Assembly (NCBI GenBank): GCA_045602025.1
Contig: JAZSAT010000038.1
Location: forward strand, 36,157 to 100,156
DNA length: 64,000 nt
Direction of reading: 5' to 3'
From: Eubacteriales bacterium
GTDB taxonomy: Bacteria; Bacillota; Clostridia; Oscillospirales; SIG627
The notes beneath the pieces are model-generated. The model did not search any database and was not told where the DNA came from. It saw only the letters and a list, made by a program, of their open reading frames with translations. The translations under genes were made by a program, and so were the position numbers. Below, piece after piece: positions 36,106-44,965 of the stretch (its first letter is position 1; every line of letters starts with the position of its first letter).

Positions 36106-36924
36106 TCACTTTCTCAAAAAGGTTTTGTATACCCAATGCTGAATTTTTACAGGCATCAAAAACATACCTGTCTGCGCCACAGCAACAATGACATAATCGG
36201 AAAAAGAGGAATAACCCATTTTCCAAAGCTTCTTGATGGTATCGATATAGCTTTTTGTGTTCTCCCAGCTTCTGCGTCTTTTCGCCAAGTCATCGTTGGA
36301 ACGGAAGAACAAAAGGGATTCTTCGATATTTCCCGCCTTACAGCCGGAAAAGAGCATTCTTGCAAACAGATCTACATCCTGATTTCTCCGAAGAGAGCTG
36401 TATCCGCCAACGGAAAGCACCTTTGACCTCTTGTATATCACCGTAGGATGGTTGAAGGCGCTGCGCCTTTTTGCAAATTCGTAAATTTCCTTATGCTCAC
36501 AGGGCACCACTCTGCGGGAGACCACCTTGTCGGGGGTATCGTGGAATTCATCCACGGCAGAACCGAGAAGCGAGAGCTCCGGGTCCTTTTCAAAACGAGC
36601 AAGCTGCTTTTCGCATCGATCTGGCTTTGCAATGTCGTCGGTATCCATACGGGCAACCAATTCATTGCGGCAATGTTCAAGCCCTAAGTTCAGCGCAAGG
36701 CCGAGACCGATGTTCTTTTCGCTGGGAACGATGGTAAAAATCTCGGGGTATGCTTCCTTGTACTTTGCCACGATCTCATCCAGCTCCTTTGTCAAAGGGC
36801 CGTCTTTTACGATGACGATCTCCTCAGGCTTTTCCGTCTGATTAAGCATACTGTCAATGGCAAGGGGGAGATACGCGGGCTTTTCCTTTGCGTAAAGGCT
36901 CATCAAAACACTGTACTTTTCCAT
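36106..36924 (-). CDS. Family 2 glycosyltransferase (272 aa)
   Basis: It contains YSVLMSLYAKEKP, IVIVKDGP and RMDTDDIA (DxD). Confidence 0.8.
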   Translation of the reverse strand: MEKYSVLMSLYAKEKPAYLPLAIDSMLNQTEKPEEIVIVKDGPLTKELDEIVAKYKEAYPEIFTIVPSEKNIGLGLALNLGLEHCRNELVARMDTDDIAKPDRCEKQLARFEKDPELSLLGSAVDEFHDTPDKVVSRRVVPCEHKEIYEFAKRRSAFNHPTVIYKRSKVLSVGGYSSLRRNQDVDLFARMLFSGCKAGNIEESLLFFRSNDDLAKRRRSWENTKSYIDTIKKLWKMGYSSFSDYVIVAVAQTGMFLMPVKIQHWVYKTFLRK

Positions 36925-36925
36925 A

Positions 36926-37621
36926 TCAACCTCTCAAAATATCTTTTGCTTCCTGCATTTTGGCATCATAGGTTTCTTTGTCTACCTTGCCCTCCTGCAT
37001 CAGCCAATCGCCGAAGTCCATATCGCTGACGGTTCCCTCGCGGACCGTGTCGCTTCTCTTCAAGACCTTGCCCACTGTTTGGAAAATGATCTTGATGTCA
37101 CCCAAAAGGGTGATACCGCTGTCGATGTACTTCAGATCATACTCAAATTTTTGCTCCCAGGTAATGTTGTTTCTGCCGTTTACCTGTGCAAGTCCGGTAA
37201 GTCCGGGACGAACATCGTGTCTTCTTCTCTGCTCGGGTGTCATAAAGGTCATATCCCTTACAAGCTGGGGACGGGGCCCTACGATAGAAAGATCACCTTT
37301 AAGGATATTAAAAAGCTCAGGCAATTCATCCAGGGAGGTAGAACGAAGAATCTTTCCGTATTTGTTCAGTCGCACCTCGTCGGGAAGAAGGTTTCCTTCC
37401 GCATCCTTTTTGTTACTCATGGTGCGGAACTTGATCATATTGAAAACGACCTCTTTTCCATCCTTTCCCTTCTTGCCGGGACGGGGCTGTACGAAAAAGG
37501 GATTTCCTCCCATGCCGATAGCACCCAAAAGCATCAGGATCAAAAGAACGGGAGATAGCACCAGAATCGCCAAAAGGGACAAAACAAAATCAAAAAATCT
37601 CTTGAAAAAAGCAGCGTACAT
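36926..37621 (-). CDS. Undecaprenyl-phosphate sugar phosphotransferase (short monotopic PGT, 231 aa)
   Basis: It has the bacterial sugar transferase signature KFRTM...DELPELFNILKGDLSIVGPRP. It is the first gene of the locus. Confidence 0.85.
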   Translation of the reverse strand: MYAAFFKRFFDFVLSLLAILVLSPVLLILMLLGAIGMGGNPFFVQPRPGKKGKDGKEVVFNMIKFRTMSNKKDAEGNLLPDEVRLNKYGKILRSTSLDELPELFNILKGDLSIVGPRPQLVRDMTFMTPEQRRRHDVRPGLTGLAQVNGRNNITWEQKFEYDLKYIDSGITLLGDIKIIFQTVGKVLKRSDTVREGTVSDMDFGDWLMQEGKVDKETYDAKMQEAKDILRG

Positions 37622-37840
37622 TTCTTGTCAGCAGCAGAAAAGAAGCTTTCTTCCTTTCCGCCTTTTCCTCCGTTGTTTTTCATTTTTTCTTTATTTTGAA
37701 AAGGTTTGATTTTTCAAAAATGCGTATAATTTATCCAATTATACTTCTACATCTTATCACACCTGCACAAAAAAATCAAGGAAATTCACCAAACTTTACA
37801 TCTTTATTATAGAGACAAAAAAATCTTGAGGAAAAACTCC

Positions 37841-38653
37841 TCAAGATTTGTCTTTTTTTTCTTTGTCGATTCCTAAATTCCGCTTCAGAATATCTCTCCC
37901 TCTCCAGGAAAAAGCACGGCTGAGAAACTCTTTTTTGGGAAGAGAGATCACCTCTTCGGAAAGATATGGGATGTGGTCCGTCTGAAAAAAAGGAATAGGC
38001 GTTTTCTCCGCCTTTTGATTCATCGGGCAGACGCTTTGGCAAAGGTCGCACCCCCATTTGCATTCCGCCTGTTCCAAAATTTTTTCTTCCTCTTCGGTCA
38101 AATTCTTTTTTTGAGACAAAAGAGAAAGGCATTTTGTTCTCTCTTTGTCAAAAATCGCACCGGTGGGACAAGCCTTTTCACACAGTCCGCAAGAGGAGCA
38201 TTTTTTGATTTCTCCCCTGTTTTCGGAAGGAAGTGAGCGATTCAGAAAAAATGCGCCGATGAAAAAATACGAGCCGTATTTTTCATTGATGCAAAGACCG
38301 TTCTTTCCCAACACACAAAGACCTGCGCCCAGAGCAGCATCCCGCTCCCCAAGAGGGGAAGAATCCGCAAAACCCTTGAAGGAAATATCAAGCTTTTTCT
38401 CGCGAAGATATTCTCCAAAACGGTGGGATAATTCTCTCATATACAAATGATAATCCTTTACCTGAGCATATACAGAAAGATTGGTGGTCTTCTGCCCGAA
38501 ATAATAGGGAATGAGAAAAACGCAAACACTCCCGATCTTCCCGATCTCCTCTTGGGCGCGCAAAAATTTCTTTTCATCCCAAATGATGACATCCGAGATG
38601 GAAAGAATCTTGTAATATTCAATATTCTCCTGATCAAAAAACGGTTTTAACAT
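37841..38653 (-). CDS. queG: Epoxyqueuosine reductase-like 4Fe-4S protein (QueG-like, 270 aa)
   Basis: The start MLKPFFDQ has the SD ggagg. It contains CSSCGLCEKACPTGAI and WGCDLCQSVCPMN. A terminator hairpin overlaps its last codons. Confidence 0.65.
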   Translation of the reverse strand: MLKPFFDQENIEYYKILSISDVIIWDEKKFLRAQEEIGKIGSVCVFLIPYYFGQKTTNLSVYAQVKDYHLYMRELSHRFGEYLREKKLDISFKGFADSSPLGERDAALGAGLCVLGKNGLCINEKYGSYFFIGAFFLNRSLPSENRGEIKKCSSCGLCEKACPTGAIFDKERTKCLSLLSQKKNLTEEEEKILEQAECKWGCDLCQSVCPMNQKAEKTPIPFFQTDHIPYLSEEVISLPKKEFLSRAFSWRGRDILKRNLGIDKEKKDKS

Positions 38654-38699
38654 ATTTTCCTCCAAGAAGAAGTGTATCAAAAAAAGCCCTTACCGTCAA

Positions 38700-40067
38700 T
38701 TATTTTTTCAAAAAGTCAAAATAGGGGCGTTTGGTTTCCTTTCCGAAAAATTCCGCACGAATATCACGGATCACCTCTTTCCCCTCTCTCGTTTCTCCCG
38801 GCAAAAAGGGTAATGAAGAAAGTCCGTAGCGCAGAGCATCGGGCGCGTGGGTATATTCGTGAGGGGTAAGGGCCGCGTCCTCTGCCACCGTCGGGTCAAA
38901 GGTAAGCTTTGGCAGAGTGCGGATCAGATTTTTGCAGGTGGAAAAGATCTCAAGATATGCGCCGTCTTCCCCATCGGCACGCAAAAATTCCCTGACTCTC
39001 CGCCATCCGGGAATCCGTGCATTTTCTGCGGGAACAAGGCCGTTTACCCCACCCTTTTTCAAAATATCAAAGCCTGTCTTTCCCGTATCCTGTCTCCTTC
39101 CCGCAAGATCGGGCGAGGCGGTGATATAGCGGATCTTTTCTGTTCCTGTCATACGACAGATCTTCTCCGCTGCAGCAGAAAGAATGAGGTTTTCTTCATA
39201 AAGCTCCCGATAGATCACAAGTCGACTGCGATCGGGCGGATAGGCAAAGAGAAGGCAGCAAGTCATATCAAGACCGTAGTCCATCGCCCCGAAGCGGTGC
39301 CAACTTTCCGGGATCTCAAAGGGCTCTGTCACATGCCTTGCCCGATCGAATTCGGGAAAATATTGCCCTTCAAAAGCATCCCAATCTCCCTCCAGCATTG
39401 CCTTTTTCCGAAGAGGCGGAAGGCTTTCCAGGTTCCTGACATATTCGGGATTTTCCTTTAAAAGATAGCGGTTGTCATAAACGGTGGAGGGAATGAAAAC
39501 ATAGTCCTCCTCCCTCTCCCCTTCCCGATAATCCCGATCGATAAAAAGCCGTTTCACCCAAGCATGTCCCACACCGCCGGGGTTACAGGTAAAGTACATC
39601 CTCGGAGTAAATTTCTCCCGCATGGATCCGGAAAGGCGGCAGCACTCTGTCATGGCATAATACTGGCTTTCCGTAAATTGGGTAGCCTCCTCCATCCCGA
39701 TCACCTCATAGGCCTGTCCCTGGTACTGCAGAGCATCCGCCTCCTCGGAAAGATAGCCGAGCTTAATGCGGGACCCGGAAGGAAAAATAAATTCCTTTGA
39801 GGATTCCCGAAAAGAGGCAATGCCGTAAAGCCATCTTCTCAAGGGATTGATATGATTTTCCCGAAGCTCGGGAAAGCTTCTTCTCAAAAGCAGGATCTGA
39901 ATCCCCGGAAAGCGAAGGGCAAGCAGAACCAGTTTTGCGCGCATAGCAAAGCTTTTTCCGCCGCCGCGGGCACCGCCGTAGGCGATCCTTCTCGCCCTCG
40001 CTTTGAAAAATTCCTCCTGTGGGGGAAAGGGACGAAGAGAAGACAAAAATTTTTCGATTGTATTCAT
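38700..40067 (-). CDS. Phage terminase large subunit (455 aa, apparently intact)
   Basis: It has a Walker A motif (GGARGGGKS), a Walker B-like motif (YEVIGMEEAT) and a C-terminal nuclease-like region (GAMDYGLD, HAPDALRY). No SD is recognisable before the ATG. Confidence 0.8.
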   Translation of the reverse strand: MNTIEKFLSSLRPFPPQEEFFKARARRIAYGGARGGGKSFAMRAKLVLLALRFPGIQILLLRRSFPELRENHINPLRRWLYGIASFRESSKEFIFPSGSRIKLGYLSEEADALQYQGQAYEVIGMEEATQFTESQYYAMTECCRLSGSMREKFTPRMYFTCNPGGVGHAWVKRLFIDRDYREGEREEDYVFIPSTVYDNRYLLKENPEYVRNLESLPPLRKKAMLEGDWDAFEGQYFPEFDRARHVTEPFEIPESWHRFGAMDYGLDMTCCLLFAYPPDRSRLVIYRELYEENLILSAAAEKICRMTGTEKIRYITASPDLAGRRQDTGKTGFDILKKGGVNGLVPAENARIPGWRRVREFLRADGEDGAYLEIFSTCKNLIRTLPKLTFDPTVAEDAALTPHEYTHAPDALRYGLSSLPFLPGETREGKEVIRDIRAEFFGKETKRPYFDFLKK

Positions 40068-40074
40068 TTATCAC

Positions 40075-40103
40075 TTGACAAATCGCAAAAAAGAGATTAA
40101 GAT
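40075..40103 (+). promoter_or_regulatory. Promoter TTGACA-17-TAAGAT for the thi operon
   Basis: The -35 is at 40075-40080, only 8 nt from the terminase start codon on the other strand. The -10 is at 40098-40103. Confidence 0.6.
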
Positions 40104-40107
40104 GAAT

Positions 40108-40262
40108 TCACGCACAAGAGCGGAAAAACAGGGGTGCTACGGCTGAGATGCAGATTGCTGCAAACCCTTTAACCTGAGATGGATAATACCGGCGTAGGGA
40201 GTTTTGAAAGAGATGCAGATTCGCGTTCGCACGGGACTTCCGTCCTGTGCGAATTTTTTATA
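40108..40262 (+). promoter_or_regulatory. TPP (THI-box) riboswitch with terminator expression platform
   Basis: Conserved aptamer elements are GGGGTGC, CTGAGA, ACCCTTTAACCTGAGATGGATAATACC and GGCGTAGGGA. They are followed by the hairpin ttcgcacgggac/ttcc/gtcctgtgcgaa plus T6 (40226-40259), then the SD taaggag. Confidence 0.85.
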
Positions 40263-40274
40263 AGGAGTCTTACA

Positions 40275-40931
40275 ATGAGAAAAGACAAAACAAAAAAACT
40301 GGTTACCTCGGCGATGCTGATCGCCCTGGGAAGCGCCATTTCCCTGGTGTCGGAATGGATTCCCTTTTTAAATCTTCCCTTCGGTGGCACCATTACACTG
40401 GCAAGCCTTCTTCCCCTTGTTCTGATCTCCTATCTTTACGGTGTAAAATGGGGACTTGGCTCTGCCTTCGTCTATTCTCTCATTCAGATGGCAATCGGGT
40501 TTAAAACCGTATCCGCCCTTTTCATTCCTACCTCCGATTCCTATATGGGAAGCGTTCTGGTCGCCTTTCTCATTCTCCTTTTAGACTATGTTTTCGCCTA
40601 TACTTCGGTAGGTTTTGCAGGGGTATTCCGAAACAGACTTTCCAAAAAATGGGCAGTGTGCTTCGGCTCCATCTTAGGCCTTTTCCTCTGCTACTTTTTC
40701 CACGTGCTCTCCGGTGCCATCTTCTACGGCGCCTGGGCAGAGTGGTTCTTTGTGGAAAGTGCTGCAAAGGACCTTGCCATTTCTTCCTGGGTCATGAAGA
40801 CCTTCTCCGGGGCAGGCCTTGCCGCCGTATACTCCATTGTGTATAACGGCCTTTATATGCTGCCGGAAATTGTCATTACCGCAGTAGCCGGCTTTGCCGT
40901 CACAAAAATTCCTTCTCTTAAGAAAGACTGA
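40275..40931 (+). CDS. thiT: ECF-type thiamine transporter S component ThiT (218 aa)
   Basis: It is a 6-TM protein directly behind a TPP riboswitch. The N-terminus is KKLVTSAMLIALGSAISLV. Confidence 0.8.
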   Translation: MRKDKTKKLVTSAMLIALGSAISLVSEWIPFLNLPFGGTITLASLLPLVLISYLYGVKWGLGSAFVYSLIQMAIGFKTVSALFIPTSDSYMGSVLVAFLILLLDYVFAYTSVGFAGVFRNRLSKKWAVCFGSILGLFLCYFFHVLSGAIFYGAWAEWFFVESAAKDLAISSWVMKTFSGAGLAAVYSIVYNGLYMLPEIVITAVAGFAVTKIPSLKKD

Positions 40932-40933
40932 TT

Positions 40934-41539
40934 ATGAAAACATGCCATGTGGTAGGGGCAGGAGACTTTGCTCCGCATCTTTTAAAAATCGAAAAAGGCG
41001 ATCTTGTGATTGCCGCCGATGCAGGGTTTGACCATTTAAAGCGCGCCGGAATCTCAGCCGATCTTTACATTGGTGACGGTGACTCCTTGGGCTTTGTTCC
41101 CGAAGAAGTCGATACCGTGGTTCTCCCCACTGTCAAAGACGATACCGATATTCACGCTGCGGTCAAAGCAGGCCTTAAAAGAGGCTTTACCCATTTTCTT
41201 ATCTACGGTGCTTTGGGCGGGAAACGATTTTCCCATTCCCTTGCCAACCTTCAGGTTCTCTTTTTCCTAAAAAAAGAAGGTGCCACGGGAAGCCTTGTAG
41301 ATGAAAATTATTCGGTTTTTCTTTTAAGCGAAGGCTCCTATACCTTTGATTTTGAAAAAGGATATTTTTCCCTTTTCGATTTCGAAGGAAAGGCTACCGT
41401 TTCCGTAAAAGGGGCAAAATACCCTTTGGAAAAAGCGACCCTTCCCAATCATACCACACTTGGCATTAGCAACGAAGGAGAAAAAAGCACCTCCATTACC
41501 GTACACGAAGGAACCATCTTTTTGGTCAGAGAGCCTTAA
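40934..41539 (+). CDS. thiN: Thiamine diphosphokinase (201 aa)
   Basis: The TPK catalytic block is VIAADAGFDHL...DLYIGDGDSL...DDTD. The C-terminal part is a thiamine-binding-like domain. Confidence 0.8.
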   Translation: MKTCHVVGAGDFAPHLLKIEKGDLVIAADAGFDHLKRAGISADLYIGDGDSLGFVPEEVDTVVLPTVKDDTDIHAAVKAGLKRGFTHFLIYGALGGKRFSHSLANLQVLFFLKKEGATGSLVDENYSVFLLSEGSYTFDFEKGYFSLFDFEGKATVSVKGAKYPLEKATLPNHTTLGISNEGEKSTSITVHEGTIFLVREP

Positions 41540-41935
41540 CTACTCTGCCCACACAGTACACACCCCAAGTCCTTCAGGAATATCCTCTCCACTCCCTTCC
41601 CCTCGCCAACGGTCAAAATTGGTTTCCAAAAACAGCTTTGCGCCGTGGAAGGTATCCTTGGAGAAGAGCTTTTCCTCCGCATTTTCCTCAATTCTTGAAA
41701 GCGCTCGGTCAATGAGTGCTTTTATTTTTTTATTCTTAATGGCAAAAAGTTCCTCTCGGCGGGAAAAGCCCAGGGCAAGAGCAAGCCCTGTTACCGTACA
41801 GGGCTTTTCCTCGTAAAGCACCTCTCCTCCTTTTCCTACCATCACATCTCCCTCCTGATTCTTTCTCTCTACCTTACGGGATTCAAAATATGAACATATC
41901 CTTTTCGTGACAAATTCCTCTGTCATCTTTTTCAC
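41540..41935 (-). CDS. Phage terminase small subunit (131 aa)
   Basis: It has the characteristic HTH block CTVTGLALALGFSRREEL. A GTG start at 41935 lies 7 nt after aaggag, and an alternative ATG is at 41926. Its stop abuts the thiN stop with no spacer. Confidence 0.7.
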   Translation of the reverse strand: MKKMTEEFVTKRICSYFESRKVERKNQEGDVMVGKGGEVLYEEKPCTVTGLALALGFSRREELFAIKNKKIKALIDRALSRIEENAEEKLFSKDTFHGAKLFLETNFDRWRGEGSGEDIPEGLGVCTVWAE

Positions 41936-42113
41936 GATCTTTCTCCTTTTTTTGAGGATTGTAACCGAAAGTAGCACTGACCCGCAATGACAAAAAAGAG
42001 CCCGAAGGCTCTTTTCAGATAAAAGATAAAAGAAATGGTTGGCATTTGCAAATGCAAATGTCTTCCTTACCTTTTCACTTTTCACTAAAAAAAGCACCCA
42101 ATCGGGTGCTTTT

Positions 42114-42800
42114 TTATCTGGGAAGTCTTGTGGGCGAGAAATAAAGCATATCGTCAAAATATGCCATATAGGGCTTGGAGGTAACAAATTCAAGACCGTC
42201 GCCGATGATGGCATTCATTTTTTCGATGAGCGCATCTCTCTTTGCGATCTCTTCCTCGGTAGTAGGCTGGATACGGGTATATGCCAGGGTAATATGGAAC
42301 ACATACTCATCATGCTTGGGAAGACGGTGACGGATCTCATCTGCCGCCCGGTCACGGAACGCGAGAAGGATATTTTTTGATTTCTCATCGGCAGGCTCCA
42401 GTTCCAAAAGAATGCAAACAGAACCGAATTTGATCTTGGAAACGCGCATGTTCACTCCGTCGGGAATGCCTGCGCGGGCAATGGCCTCGGATACATGGTC
42501 ATCCACCTTTTCCATGGGAAGATCCTTGGGAAGACAGGAAGGCCAGTAGGCATCAGTCCGCACCTGATCATTCAGTCCGCGGATCACCGTCATATGGTAG
42601 CTGTCCTCCGGCATGGGAATGTAGTAATCTGCAAGGTCGGAGGTAACAAGAGCCTCTCTCAATTTTTCCATAACGCCGAAAGCAGGACTTTCAGGGGTCA
42701 CATCGGCAACCACCGTGTTACCGGGATAGCGACGCACGCTGCCGTCCTCGAAAAACTTCTTTCCGATGGTTCTGCCCCAAACAATTTCTTTTTCCTTCAT
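42114..42800 (-). CDS. DUF1868-like 2H-phosphoesterase superfamily protein (228 aa)
   Basis: It has two HxT-type motifs (YHMTVI and FHITLAY). The SD is taaggag. Confidence 0.6.
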   Translation of the reverse strand: MKEKEIVWGRTIGKKFFEDGSVRRYPGNTVVADVTPESPAFGVMEKLREALVTSDLADYYIPMPEDSYHMTVIRGLNDQVRTDAYWPSCLPKDLPMEKVDDHVSEAIARAGIPDGVNMRVSKIKFGSVCILLELEPADEKSKNILLAFRDRAADEIRHRLPKHDEYVFHITLAYTRIQPTTEEEIAKRDALIEKMNAIIGDGLEFVTSKPYMAYFDDMLYFSPTRLPR

Positions 42801-42964
42801 CTACATTCTCCTTAAAAGAACACTTTCTGCTTTTATTATACCAAATATTCTTTAATTTGCAACGATATTTTTCAATCCATTCTTTCCGGAGTATTTTCCC
42901 CTCTCTCCTCTTGAAAAACGGTATAGAATGTAGTATAATACAAAAAAAAGAAAGGAGCCATGGC

Positions 42965-43687
42965 ATGAAACAAAAATTTTCCCTTTCCCTTTTCTGTTCC
43001 CTGGGAATGCTCCTTTTTACCTTTGTAACCTTTGCTTGGTTTTCCGATGTGGAAGGGTTTCAATTTGGCTTTGAGATCCCCGTAGGTACGGAAAACGGCC
43101 TTTTGTCCACCCTGGCAGACTGTGTCTGGATGGCTGCCCCCTTTCTTTTTACAGTCGGTTTATTCATTCACTCTGTTTCCGAAAGGATCCGTCTTTTCCT
43201 TTCCTCTTCCCCGCTTTTTTTGTATGCCATTCTCCGCATTCTATCCTACCTTGGCGGAAAGGAAAGTCACCCCATCCTCTTTTTTACCCTCTTTTCCCTG
43301 ATCCTCATCGGTGCCTTTTCCGCAGTGGCCGCCTTTGTTCCCGAGGCAAGAAAAAGCGCCGCATTGATCGCCTTTTCTTACGGTGCCGCGGAAACCCTAC
43401 TCCTTCTTTTTTCCGCCTTGTTTCAGGAAAAGTATTCCCTCTTTTATTTTTCTCAGCTGATTCCCATGGGGCATACCTCCTATTTAAGATATAGCTTTTT
43501 CACCATTTCCACTTATCTTTATTATCTCTTCTATGCATTGGGTCTCGGCATCCGCCTTTTACCCCCGAAGAAAAATTGCGAAGATACAAAAGAAAAAATC
43601 ATTCCGGAAATCATCAACGAAACGGAAGAAATCAACGAAGAAGATTTTTCCTCCCTCAGCTTAGAGGATCTTGGAATTTCAAAATAA
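42965..43687 (+). CDS. Multi-pass membrane protein with acidic C-terminal tail (240 aa)
   Basis: The start MKQKFSLSLF follows aaaggag. It has about 6 TM helices. I recognise no family. Confidence 0.5.
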   Translation: MKQKFSLSLFCSLGMLLFTFVTFAWFSDVEGFQFGFEIPVGTENGLLSTLADCVWMAAPFLFTVGLFIHSVSERIRLFLSSSPLFLYAILRILSYLGGKESHPILFFTLFSLILIGAFSAVAAFVPEARKSAALIAFSYGAAETLLLLFSALFQEKYSLFYFSQLIPMGHTSYLRYSFFTISTYLYYLFYALGLGIRLLPPKKNCEDTKEKIIPEIINETEEINEEDFSSLSLEDLGISK

Positions 43688-43704
43688 TTACAGAAAGGAT
43701 CATT

Positions 43705-44958
43705 ATGAAAAAAGTATTAGAATTTGGCTACGGCAAAGGAATTCAGCAGGTTCAGCTTCCCGAAGAAAATGTAATGGGTGTTCTTGTTTCCAACGAGATC
43801 GACCACGAAAGAAAACACGAGGAAGCTGTCATCTACGCCCTGGAAAACCCCATCGGCAAAGAAAGACTTTCCACCTATGACCTTCGAAACAAAAAGATCG
43901 CCATTGTTACCAGCGACATTTCCCGCCCCCTTCCCAGCTACCGCATTCTTCCCGCACTTTTGGACGAGCTTGAAAAAGCAGGCGCCGAAATGAAAAACAT
44001 CGTGGTCGTTTTGGCTCTCGGCTCTCACAGGAACCACACCGAGGAAGAAAAAATTGCCCTTTGCGGAAAAGAAGCATATGATAGAGTTCGCTGCATCGAT
44101 TCCACCCCGGGTGACTGCATTCATATGGGCGTAACAAAAGCCGGCACCCCTGTGGATGTATCCCGCGAGGTGGCAGAAGCAGATTTCAAAATCTGCCTCG
44201 GCAACATTGAATTCCACTACTTTGCAGGCTATTCCGGCGGTGCCAAGGCCATTATGCCCGGTGTTTCTACCCCCGAAGCCATTCAGGCAAACCACCGTAT
44301 GATGGTTTCTCCCGATGCCCACGCAGGAAAGCTGGAAGGCAACCCCATCCGCGAGGACATTGAGGAAGCAGGCAATATTTGCGGCATCGACTACATTGTA
44401 AATGCCGTGCTTGACGAACATAAGAACATTGTTTATGCCGTTGCGGGTGATGTAACAAAAGCTCACCGTGAGGGCTGCAAATACTTAGATAAAATGTACC
44501 GCAAGCCTCTGAAGGAAAGAGCCGACATCGTTCTGGTCTCCCAGGGCGGCGCACCCAAGGATGCAAACCTCTATCAGACTCAGAAAGCACTTGACAATGC
44601 CAAGCACGCCGTGAAAAAGGGCGGCACCATCATTCTCATCGGTGCTTGTAATGAAGGTATGGGCAGCAAAAAGTTCGAATCCTGGCTCACCTCCGCTCCC
44701 ACCGCTCATTCCATGGTAGAGCGTATCCACAAGGAATTTGAGCTTGGCGGCCACAAAGCAGCGGCCATCGGTATGGTACTTGAGGATGCTGACATTTTCT
44801 TTGTTTCCGAAATGGATCCCGATTTTGTCCGCAGCATTTTCCTGACTCCCTTCTCCTCTGCTCAGGATGCGTTTGATGTGGCCTTTGAAAAATACGGCCC
44901 CGATGCCAAGGTTCTGGCAATGCCCTTCGGCGGTGCTACCCTCCCCATGGCAGACTAA
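43705..44958 (+). CDS. larA: Nickel-pincer-dependent lactate racemase family protein LarA (417 aa)
   Basis: It reads MKKVLEFGYGKG..., then VTSDISRPLPS, LGSHR and IEFHYFAGYSGGAKAIMPG. These match LarA conserved blocks. Confidence 0.85.
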   Translation: MKKVLEFGYGKGIQQVQLPEENVMGVLVSNEIDHERKHEEAVIYALENPIGKERLSTYDLRNKKIAIVTSDISRPLPSYRILPALLDELEKAGAEMKNIVVVLALGSHRNHTEEEKIALCGKEAYDRVRCIDSTPGDCIHMGVTKAGTPVDVSREVAEADFKICLGNIEFHYFAGYSGGAKAIMPGVSTPEAIQANHRMMVSPDAHAGKLEGNPIREDIEEAGNICGIDYIVNAVLDEHKNIVYAVAGDVTKAHREGCKYLDKMYRKPLKERADIVLVSQGGAPKDANLYQTQKALDNAKHAVKKGGTIILIGACNEGMGSKKFESWLTSAPTAHSMVERIHKEFELGGHKAAAIGMVLEDADIFFVSEMDPDFVRSIFLTPFSSAQDAFDVAFEKYGPDAKVLAMPFGGATLPMAD

Positions 44959-44965
44959 AATTAAT

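Noticed and set aside
32837-36191. 308-aa and 363-aa plus-strand ORFs (32837..33763, 35100..36191), with a 414-aa one at 45155..46399
   Set aside because: They are antisense shadows of polysaccharide-locus genes and of the ceramidase-like gene.
37622-37840. Possible leader peptide or riboswitch in the 200-nt leader of the polysaccharide locus
   Set aside because: I could find only weak promoter candidates and a short out-of-frame ATG. No conserved structure is recognisable by eye, so the evidence is insufficient.
37776-38132. 118-aa minus-strand ORF overlapping the queG-like 3' end
   Set aside because: It is out of frame with, and overlaps, a gene with clear Fe-S motifs. It also runs through the terminator hairpin.
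38700-42214. Calling the region a prophage or mobile element
   Set aside because: Only the two terminase subunits are phage-like. There is no integrase, portal, capsid, tail or lysis gene and there are no flanking att-type repeats. I report it as CDS features plus a finding instead.
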